NCBI GenBank assembly: GCA_053919585.1 | Contig: CM132827.1 | DNA length: 64,000 nt | Strand: one strand, 5' to 3' | Source of the DNA: Euprymna scolopes | Lineage: Eukaryota | Shown here: positions 54,868 to 64,000 of the stretch, piece after piece | Layout: every line of letters starts with the position of its first letter | Position numbering within the stretch: position 1 is the stretch's first letter | Notes under the pieces: model-generated | Told to the model about the DNA's origin: nothing | What the model saw: only the letters and a program-made list of their open reading frames with translations | The model's database searches: none | Made by a program: the position numbers and the translations under genes

Positions 54868-55755
54868 ATGTTTAAACTAAATAAACACATGCCTCTACAC
54901 GATCAAGAGAAACCATTTTCATGTGATATTTGCGGATCATCATTTTCTGTAAAATCAACTTTAAAAACTCACATGCGTATACACACTGGAGAAAAACCAT
55001 ATTCATGTGGAATATGTGGATCTTCATTTTCTCAAAAATCAAGTTTAATAAACCATTATCGTATACATACTGGAGAGAAACCATTTACTTGTAAAATATG
55101 TGACTCTTCATTTACTCAGAGATCAGGTTTGATTATACACAATCGAACACACACTGGGGAGAAACCATTTAGTTGTGAAATATGTGGATCTTCATTTGCG
55201 AGGGAAACACATTTGACTGAACATATACGCATACACACTGGTGAGAAACCATATTCATGTAAAATATGCGGATCTTCATTTTCTCAAAAATCAAGTTTGA
55301 TCAGTCATAATCGTATACACACTGGGGAAAAACCATTTCAATGTGATATATGTGAATCTTCATTTTGTGACAAATCAACTTTAACTAAACACAGACGTAT
55401 ACATACTGGCGAGAAACCATATTCATGTGAAATATGTGGTAGTTCGTTTTGTGAGAAATCTACATTAACAAAACACTTGCGTGTTCACAGTGGTGACAAA
55501 CCGTTTTCCTGTGAGATTTGTGAATCTTCATTCCAGCGAAAATCAAGTTTAATTCAACACATTCTTAAGCACACTGGAGAGAAACCATATTCTTGTGAAA
55601 TATGTGGAGCTTTATTTTCTCATAAATTTTCTTTGTTAAGACATAATCGAACGCACTCTGGGGAGAAACCATTTTTATGTGAATTATGTGGATCCTCTTT
55701 TTCTCATAAGTCAAGTTTGATTATCCACAATCGAACACACAATGTGAAAAGTTAA
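54868..55755 (+). CDS. Tandem C2H2 (Kruppel-type) zinc-finger protein, 10 fingers, 295 aa, likely a terminal exon
   Basis: Ten CxxC-x12-HxxxH repeats joined by TGEKP-type linkers, uninterrupted ORF. Splice-acceptor-like TCTTTTATTTATTTACAG ends at 54799. Confidence 0.93.
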   Translation: MFKLNKHMPLHDQEKPFSCDICGSSFSVKSTLKTHMRIHTGEKPYSCGICGSSFSQKSSLINHYRIHTGEKPFTCKICDSSFTQRSGLIIHNRTHTGEKPFSCEICGSSFARETHLTEHIRIHTGEKPYSCKICGSSFSQKSSLISHNRIHTGEKPFQCDICESSFCDKSTLTKHRRIHTGEKPYSCEICGSSFCEKSTLTKHLRVHSGDKPFSCEICESSFQRKSSLIQHILKHTGEKPYSCEICGALFSHKFSLLRHNRTHSGEKPFLCELCGSSFSHKSSLIIHNRTHNVKS

Positions 55756-56240
55756 CAAAATATCAGGATTTAAAGAATGATTTAAAAAGAAATCAGCATT
55801 CTGCCAGTTGTGATAAGAGGAACTGGCCTCATGAAAAAGTTTTAAGAAATACTTTGAAATGATTCCTGGAAAATCAATTTATCCTTCCAAATCCTTGAGC
55901 CCTTTGAGAGGCATTGACAAACTACAACTTGGTATATGCTTTTGTAGCAAGGAATTCTGTTTTCGAGGTGAAAGTGATGGCCCCACACCCAATCTTCCAA
56001 GAGGGTACATACAGTGACTAGCCTTCCCAAATGGTCACCCATCTGGTACTGGCCAGGCTCATCATTGCTTTACTTTGATGATCTGACAATGACCCGATGT
56101 GTCAACATGATTGTGTTGTTCCCTGGAAATCAAGCTGGTACAATAAAAAAAAGCCCTGCATATAAATTCAAATCATAATGAAATCAAGCGTTAGCTCCAA
56201 GTTGAAACCCTTGATGTTTTAAAACAAAGTAAAATAATAA
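55745..56240 (+). mobile_element. 3' fragment of a REL-endonuclease non-LTR retrotransposon (R4/Dong-like), copy A, interrupted by a SINE
   Basis: GAAAAGTTAACAAAATATCAGGATTTAAAGAATGATTTAAAAAGA = EKLTKYQDLKNDLKR (the EK..KY.DL motif), then ILPVVIRGTGLMKK. Nucleotide-level paralogue of 56600-56750. Confidence 0.75.
55878..56121 (-). mobile_element. 5S-rRNA-headed SINE (SINE3-type) with TSD
   Basis: 56011-56121 is antisense 5S-like (TTCCCAAATGGTCACCCATC.GGTACT..CCAGGC...TTGCTTTACTT.GATGATC.GAC...TCAACATG). TSD CCTGGAAAATCAA (55865-55877) / CCTGGAAATCAA (56122-56133). Empty site visible in the paralogue at 56727-56748. Confidence 0.82.
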
Positions 56241-56259
56241 AATGTTGAATGTACAGTGG

Positions 56260-56820
56260 TTTGTCAGAGACCTGACATGAAAGTACTTCTTATCAAAAAT
56301 AAATCCTGATAAAATATAAACAAAAAAACATGGTGTGCTGTCTCTGTAAGCCATCCAGCATGTTTCCCAGGTTCAAATGGGGACACCCCCTCTTAATAAT
56401 AATGGGTAGCTTCTAATACCAAATAAGAAGTCATAGACAATAATGAATAAAAATAAATACATATATACTGTACGGCTGGTACCCAGGATTAAAAGAACTC
56501 TATAAGCCATTTGTACACCAGTTGGGAAGAGGTAAGTAATGATGTAAACCTTCTTTCCTCTGAAAGTGGCACTATAGACAAATATAGACAAAAACCAAAA
56601 AAATAACATGACCGAAAGAATGGTTTAAAAAGAATGTGGTTCCCTAAAGAAATCAACATTATACCAGTTCTGATAGGAGCAACTGGCCTAATGAAAAGAA
56701 ATCTTAAGAAATACTTAGAAACAATGCCTGGAAGATCAAACTGGTACAGGCCTTATACTAGAGGTTCCGGTCCCTAGCTCAAGCAATTTCAGCAGCTAAA
56801 AATAAGAAATAAAGAGGCTT
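56260..56820 (+). mobile_element. 3' fragment of a REL-endonuclease non-LTR retrotransposon (R4/Dong-like), copy B
   Basis: Decayed CCHC knuckle (CCLCK...IQHV) near 56335-56365, then K*HDRKNGLKRMWFPKEINIIPVLIGATGLMKRNLKKYLETMPG, matching the KY.DL..E..RMW...IP.VIGA.G C-terminus of this group. Confidence 0.75.
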
Positions 56821-56959
56821 AAAACCCAGCCATGAACTATTTCTGAAAAAAAGGTGTTGCTGTTTTACTACCAAACTAGTCAAAGTTTGAAAAGTGGAGC
56901 AAAACAGCAATTAACAGACAGAAAAATAATTGAGAAAATAAAAGAGACTGACCTCCCAA

Positions 56960-57053
56960 GAGAAACCATTTTTATGTGAAATATGTAGAGCTTTTTTTTT
57001 CTCATAAATCAAGTTTGATTATCCACAATCGAACACATAAAGAGGAGTTGTAA
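56960..57053 (+). pseudogene. Stranded C2H2 zinc finger (orphan 11th finger)
   Basis: EKPFLCEICRAFF/SHKSSLIIHNRTHKEEL* with a +1 frameshift in a T9 run. Closely similar to finger 10 (about 55663-55742). Confidence 0.85.
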
Positions 57054-59539
57054 GGTTTTGCTGAAAGACGACTACTACATAATACAACACAACAAAAGGT
57101 CATAAATATCTACACTGGACCATTAGTAAAAATTGAATATCTAATATAGCAGCAAATCCAAGTAACTTATACCAGAAAAGTCAGTCTGAAATAGCTTGTT
57201 AATGTAAAATGTTCGGAAAAAAAAAAAATAACTGCCAGCATGTGCAAGTCATTTCAACATGCCTCATATCTTTTGTGCTAACCATTTCTGCTGTTGTCTC
57301 CCCTTCAGTCATTTCAAGACTGATAATTCATTGATATGCAAATTAATGCATATTAAATTACAGTGACCCAAAACGTTAAATGAAGACAGAAATACCTTAT
57401 CTCTAAAGAAACTCAGTGGCCAGATTGATATTGAAGTTAAAATCCAAGAAAGGTGTTTACATTTGAATGCATGGGGTCACACTTCTTTATTTAAAATTAA
57501 TTTGAAATGAGAAACATTTGGTCAATTCCTGTGTGGCTTTTCTCTTGCGAACACAAAACTGAAATTAAATATTTTTGTGTTTTTCGTCTTTTTTAAGCAT
57601 AGCAGAAATCCAATGCTTTCCCAAATCAACACCAAATTAAATAACGATACAAAGGAAAATAACAAATATGTGAAGATTTCCTTCTGATTCCCTCTAGTAC
57701 TCATATAATTTATTGATTAAAATATTTTGATAATTTATTAGAAAAAGTATTGTTTAGACATTTTGCTACTCTCATACATATTTTCATATAAAATGGCCCA
57801 AACCAACTGAGCATAGGAAAATTAAGTGTTTTTTCAAGGTTGATCAAAGATCCATATCTTTATTGGAAAACAAACAAACTTTAAAAACTCTCTAGCAAAT
57901 TTGAAAAAAAAACGAACGTATTTACAAACTAAGAGTTCTGAAGCTATGATTCTTCATATAGCATTGTATTCCTGAAAATCAGTAATAAAAATTTATTCAA
58001 TTATTGGTGCAGTACTGACATTTTGCAATCTCTACCGATGCCAGGTAAGCTTTAACTAATAGTCTTCTTTAGATTGGTGACTATTTTGGGATACTGATTA
58101 GCGTTTTAAGGAACCATACATGAAATCAGATACAATGAAAACACTCTAATCAGTGAGTGTATATTGTTTTTTTGTATCCAAATCTCAACCAATGAATTGT
58201 ATTTCGACAAAGAAATATAAAATAACGAAAGTACGGATCACTAGATTTGGTGATATATTTTTAAAGTTAAATGTACAAAGCTCTTCATGTAACTTGCTTT
58301 ATAGGTTCTACAAATAACATTAGAAAGGAACAAAATTGTTAGTTATATACGCAGGACAAGTTTGTACACATTTAATAGACTCCATGTTGATATCAAAATA
58401 TCACCAAGAAAATTTTTGGTAATGGATGCCATATTCAGGCGATTTTATTTTTCCATGGTTTATATTTTAATCATAAGAGCAAATAGAAAACAATTTGTTG
58501 AAAATGTAATGCACTTAAAGAATGCTTCAGAATAAAGATTTGTTTATACATAAAGTATGAAACATAATCCGAAATTAGGAAACATGTTAACTGTGTATAA
58601 AAACAATGGTTTTGAACTAAGCATTGAAAAATATCAAGTATTAAGCATGGAACATATAAAATAGAACGTTTTGATTAAGTATTGATGAAGCATTAAAGAT
58701 AATTTGAACGGGAATTGATTAAACAAGTTTAAACGTGAAGCAGTAAAATCTTCAGAAAAATGTATAACTTGTCTTCTAAATGTTGAAATTCATTCAAAGA
58801 AATTATGATGAATCCTTTAACATCTGAGTTATCATACACATAACATAAATAAATGCAACGGACTACATATGACTATCAGCATCACTGTTTTAAAAGAGTT
58901 TGAAGGCTTAAAATATATTTGAAGTTTATCTTTTAGTTTTCTGAGTGCTGGATACTCATCAAATCGAATTGTGTATTTTGAGCAATTTAACATAAAAATA
59001 TTTATATACATATCTTAAGTCATTTAGTAAACTCTTTTTTGTGTCATATATAATAATATTTATAATAGAAACAAAAAACTTATAAAACACTGAATTTTAT
59101 TAGTTTTTATCAAAAAAGTCAAAAGTATGTTATTTTACTGTGTCACACTGACAAATTTCACATTTCTTTAGTAAATTCCATTGTTATTTGTTTTTAATTA
59201 TAAAGGTTTGATTTATTAAATATGCCAGATTAATTTTCTGGATTTTTGTTCAGATATTATTTTTTAGCCATGTAAGTTATAATTATTATAATTATATACA
59301 GATCTTAATTTCTAAATAAAACCGAATTAATGATAAATTCTAAGTAGAAGTCCAAAATGGTGCTAAAAATCAAGAACATTTTTGAAAATTACAACATAAT
59401 TCTTAAAATATCTGTGAAATCTCTGAATATACCAACTGAGTTCATACTAACATTTTGATTGAGAGTATTTTTGTGTTTAATAGAAATCGCTCGAGACAAG
59501 GCATGGAGCCACTTTATGTAAGAACTATCAAAAACAAAA

Positions 59540-60540
59540 GATGATTATCCAAGCAAATGTCTATTGACCTTAGACTTAAAAAAATAAATTCCATATTTCA
59601 ATTAATTTCATAGTCCAATCCACTACCGAAGTAAACTTATAGATTAGCTGCATATTTCAACTGCTTCTCGGGAGATTAACGAGAAGCAATATTATAATAG
59701 AGAATGGTGTCATCACTTTGCTAATAACAGAGGAGACTAAGAAGATGATATAGATGTGAGTCGAAACGATCAGCAGCATTTTAACAAAATAAAGGACTAC
59801 AGTAAGATTTCTTCCTATGACAAACAAGACATTCAATTAAAACATTGAAATGAAACACATTGAATTATCTCGAGCTGATAGAAGAAATTTCTAAGGGGAT
59901 TTTGAGACCAACAAGAATTGAATCAGGAGAGAAGTCGTAGAATGGTAAAGAAAAAGCTAGAATCATACTCACCCTTTCAGGAGTGATAGACTCCATACAA
60001 TGATAAGTTTTCAAAGGAAGATCAGGAAAACTGCACCAGTATCATCATGACAAGAATTGTCAGTAAAAAGTCTAGCAAATAGATCAGCCTTAATTTAAAG
60101 ATCATTAATAAAAGAGGGATAGCAACTATCACAAAAAATATTTTGAGATGAGAAAATGTTGTGATGAGACGTACCCAACGCAAACCCAACACAACTGAAA
60201 ATGAGAGGAAATGATGCATTACAGGGCAAAAGTAAAATTAGCAACCGAGATCTTTTTGAATGCTCCTAATAGAAAGACGCTTCACGGTCGGTGGTCAGTT
60301 TCCGAATGATAAGCCACTCTTGTCAAATATAGCACGGAAATATTTAGTTTCTAGTAATTAAGTGTAACGAGGATTTTGACAAAAGACATAAATTTCCAAT
60401 TTTGACTCAAAAAGTTTAGGAGTAGCAATAGTATGTGGACAGTTTTCAGATCGGGAAGAACTTTAGCATATGAACTGATTATCCAACGACAAAAAAATCC
60501 TTGAGAAAAAGCTATCAGCATTTGTGTGTCTTTTATTGTG
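59540..60540 (+). mobile_element. Possible highly decayed hAT transposase remnant
   Basis: IDLRLK (LDPRFK-like) near 59563 and RW...PLLSNIARKYL near 60290-60350, resembling the hAT C-terminal dimerisation motif WW...P.L..LARKYL. No TIRs found. Confidence 0.4.
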
Positions 60541-60899
60541 CACACTCAAGATGTATTCGAGTTTTTTTTTTTAGTTTGCATTCTATCCTATTTTTATATT
60601 TGTAACTTAGTGTTCACATCCTCAGCGATCACCAATTTGAGAAATGACTACACGGCTGGAACCAGAAGAAGAATAGAAGATGAAGAGGAATTAAACAATA
60701 ACCAATACAGTGTTGGGGTGGCGGTTACCTGAGAGGGGGCCGCACAATGTAACAAATCTTTTAAGAATTGCTAGAGATAGCATAAGTCATAATATTTGCT
60801 GGGAAGCCTTACAGTCATCTTATCGGCACTGATCAAAGTAATAGCAGAAACAGATCAAAACGGGAAAAATGCGAAACTTACTATGAGGAATGAATGATT

Positions 60900-61950
60900 G
60901 CATAAAAACTCGGAGTTTCTTGCATTCTGCATCTATTTGTGTTCTGCATCTGTTGAATTTTGTATAATGGAAGAAGATCTCTAGCAGTCTTGTCATATTG
61001 AGTTTTCTGTGATTTGGTGTCTTGTATTCCATCAACTGATAACATTGTCTCAACTTTATTGCGTGTGTGCACAGGCAATGTGTCCTTTACCTTTCGCTGA
61101 AGAGTAATAAAGCGAGACCAGATAGTTTGTGGTCAATTGTTGTTTTGTGCACCAGCAAATCCAATTGGATATCCTCGTCGGCTCCTTTTGGCTTTTCTGG
61201 ATATTTTTTTAAATTCTGAATATACTTTTTATCCAATGAGAATTGATCTGTTCCTTGTTTGATGGTTTAATTGGACCCTCAAAGTAAACATTCATGCTGC
61301 TGACGTTTTTTTTAGAACTTCTGATATATTTGCACATATCAGTTATATCTCTATTGAGCTTGTGCCATTATACTGACTGTATGGTTTCAACATTGCTTTA
61401 TACAACACAGGATTGCCTGTGTGTAACTCCAAGGTTTTTTTATGGAAAGGTCTTGAGATGATGACACATTCTATCTATAGTACACCCTATTCTATGGATA
61501 GCTGGTCTCTGGCTGTAGTAATCATGTAGATGTGTGAGTACATCTCTCATGGTGTCGGATCATCTTGATGAATATGTTGGATGTCTTGAACCTCTCAATT
61601 CCAAAATATACAGATAACATTTTTCTTTCAGTGTTTGCCTATCCAGTTCCTGTGTCTGTCAATGTCTTGGAAGTATATGATACTAGTCTTGTTTCTTCCT
61701 TGTTTGGTTTGAGTGTTGCTCCCAAAATTTTTGGTTTGCATCAACTTCTGGGATAATTGGTGCAGTATCACAATATTGTTCTATTGCATCATCCTCGATC
61801 AGAGCTTTTATTTTTTCGAAGCTTTTCTGATACGAATTGCAATTTCTATTTCAGTAGTTGCCGAAATGGTGCTGCTTTTTCTCTCAAGTTGTCTAAGAAT
61901 TATCAAACGTTTTTTTATTCAAGTTGCATTTGGCCTTTTAGTGTGTCTGG
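60900..61950 (-). mobile_element. Degenerate Gypsy pol fragment (RNase H to integrase)
   Basis: Minus strand: PEVDANQK/LGATL...LVSYTSKTLTDT...ANTERKMLSVYFGIERFK (RNase H); DIQLDLLV...TTIDHKLSGLALLLF and QKTQYDKTARDLLPL (integrase C-terminus). Confidence 0.78.
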
Positions 61951-62539
61951 ATGTCCACAACTACGTATTTATCTCTGTATTATTCCTCTTTGTCTAGGAC
62001 TAAAAACAAAACTATAATTGATTCCAATAATAAGGTATAAAATTCTATGTTAGAGACTTTTAGACATGCCTACCTTTCAGTTTTCTGGGATATGACAGGT
62101 ATTTTTATGCCGCTTCAACATTGTTAATTTGAAGTTGGATGCTGGCGTCTAATTCAGGATAGAACTTCATATTGAAGGGAAATATCAATCAGAGACAGAA
62201 TGAAAGGTCTTTAAATCTGCTACGATTGACTTGGCACACGAGCAACTTGGTGTTACAAACCACCGTATTGGAACTGGATAACAAGAAAGATTCTCTACCT
62301 TGCAGAGCATGTGAGGCGTGGGTGACGGGTGCACCAAACTTTCATGATCTTTGATGCCATGATAATAACAATTCTGATAGAAATGTGTACTAGTGAGACT
62401 TTGCAGAAGAAACTGTGCAGCATCCTTTGGAGACTCCAGTATACTTTACCGGAAGGTGAAGCTATGTGTCAGTGAAACGATTCGTTTGCATGACGCCACT
62501 ATCATAAATCACTTCCATGACGTCACTATCATAAATCAC

Positions 62540-63770
62540 TGCATCACTTCTTACCCTGAATGAAGTGATAGATGCCATGCACCACTTGAGAAACAAGACT
62601 CTTGGTGAGGATGGGATACCAGCGGAAATCTACAAGTCTATGTCTGATGTGCTTGCCCCGTGGGATCTATGAGACTTTGATGCAATTTAGTTTTGACTAG
62701 AAATTTAATTTTAATCGATCAGATCTTTAACCTTCTACACACCCTTACAAATTGTTGGGCGTTTCAGCAACTTACTGTCCTCTGGTCCATTGACTTTGCA
62801 GCTACATTCGACTCTGTTGATTGAGCCTTACTCTGGCGAATCATGCTGGTGTGTGGTATGCCAGCAAAACTGTTGAGGATTGTTAAAAGCTTCTATTGGT
62901 CTATGAGAAGTAAGAGATGTTTGAGGCGAGGTCAAGCGTTTGGCAAAGTTATATCCTTCCCAACTCTTTTAAACTATGCGATCGATTATATACTCAACAA
63001 ATCTCTTCAAAGGGGTTGTGTTTAGGCGAAACACGAACACATCTGATCTTGTTTATAGACATGATGTTTTCCTGCTTGGAACGACTTGTGATGAGGTGCA
63101 AGGTATGCTCAACAGAGTATAAAGTGTCTCTCACAAATTAGGGATGCATAGAAAGGCCTTAAAAACAAAGGTCATGTCCTCACTGACCAGAATACCAGGC
63201 AGCCATTCATGTTGGATAGAATTTAACGAGATGATGTGGATTTCCTTGTCTATTTTGGCTCTACTATTACACTGACTGGGCAGCACAGCTGATGAGATTG
63301 GATGGCAAATTGGAGCAGTACAGCTGATGAGATTGGATGGCAAATTGGAGCAGCACAGCTGATGAGATTGGATGGCAAATTGGAGCAGTACAGCTGATGA
63401 GATTGGATGGCAAATTGAAGCAGAACAGTTGATGGGATTGGATGGCAAATTGGAGCAGTACAGCTGATGAGATTGGATGGCAAATTGGAGCAGAACAGTT
63501 GATGGGATTGGATGGCAAATTGGAGCAGCACACCCCACATTTTTTCAGCCTCAACATGTTTCTGTTGTCTTGATAGGAAATACCCTTGGACACAGCGTGA
63601 TGCATCAGGTGATGAGAATTATTCTTTTTTATAGATGCGACACATGGCCTTTGAGTAGCAGATTTGCACGAATTGGAAGTTTTCTATAACAACTGTCTTC
63701 GCAACATTTTGCACTGCCGCCTCAGAAATCGTGTTCCAGTTTCTGCTTTCTTTCAAATACTATGCTTATG
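62540..63770 (+). mobile_element. Degenerate RTE-clade LINE RT fragment
   Basis: TLNEVIDAM...GEDGIPAEIYK; IDFAATFDSVD..LLWRIMLVCGMPAKLLRIVKSFY; PTLLNYAIDYIL; VYFGSTIT...DEIGWQIGAA; YRCDTWPL...NNCLRNIL. Confidence 0.85.
63280..63532. repeat. 35-bp minisatellite, 7 copies plus a partial, inside the RTE fragment
   Basis: Unit GCAG(C/T/A)ACAG(C/T)TGATG(A/G)GATTGGATGGCAAATTGGA starting at 63280, 63315, 63350, 63385, 63420, 63455, 63490 and 63525. Confidence 0.97.
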
Positions 63771-63774
63771 GGTA

Positions 63775-64000
63775 CTTAAACTATATCCGATGGTAAAGCC
63801 CCAGCTGCGTGCTTTGGGGAGTGTAGAGCTACCTGTTAATTGCCATTGCTTCCAGAGTGTTAGTACCTGTTAGGTCCGTACTATGGGTTAAATAGAAACC
63901 GACTTGAAAAAAAAAATTCTATTAGAAAATTTTTCTTCAAAATAACTGGATTCGGCATTAAATGACCTGAAAAGGGTTGATATGCCGTAAAACAAAAACA
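63775..64000 (+). mobile_element. Dispersed SINE-like repeat, copy 2
   Basis: Same family as 53248-53500 with a short internal deletion. Runs to the window end. Confidence 0.75.

Noticed and set aside
56011-56121. Functional 5S rRNA gene
   Set aside because: Too diverged, joined to a non-5S body and flanked by a TSD, so it is a retroposed derivative.
57100-59500. AT-rich stretch with short ORFs
   Set aside because: I recognised no protein motif, terminal repeat or RNA structure, so it is left unannotated.
60860-61450. CR1/L2 LINE C-terminus on the minus strand (LYKAMLKP)
   Set aside because: Neighbouring motifs (RNase H upstream, TTIDHKL...LLF and QKTQYDKTARDL downstream) fit a colinear Gypsy pol better.
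63288-63320. CTGATGAG hammerhead-ribozyme core in the 35-bp minisatellite
   Set aside because: There is no GAAA after a plausible stem II. The motif is explained by the RTE codons GCT GAT GAG (A-D-E). The 65-bp satellite also lacks a hammerhead core on either strand.

Overview
Eukaryotic, AT-rich, repeat-dominated DNA from an animal. A mollusc, probably a cephalopod, is my inference from the style of the C2H2 zinc-finger array and the SINE-like repeats. Bases 1-32830 are one very homogeneous satellite of about 500 copies of a 65-bp HindIII-containing monomer. It has nested higher-order structure, a 100-N gap and a sharp right edge. The other 31 kb is a nest of decayed transposable elements: an internally deleted Gypsy LTR element with both LTRs and a 5-bp TSD, two more Gypsy remnants, a BEL/Pao element, two RTE-clade LINE fragments, two REL-endonuclease (R4/Dong-like) LINE 3' fragments, Mutator-like and other MITEs, a possible hAT remnant, 5S-rRNA-derived SINEs and a second SINE-like family. 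The only intact host coding sequence is a 10-finger C2H2 zinc-finger exon (54868-55755). Its stop codon lies inside a LINE fragment, and an 11th finger is stranded 1.2 kb downstream. I found no CRISPR-like or other prokaryotic system. All family assignments come from motif recognition by eye, with no database searches.
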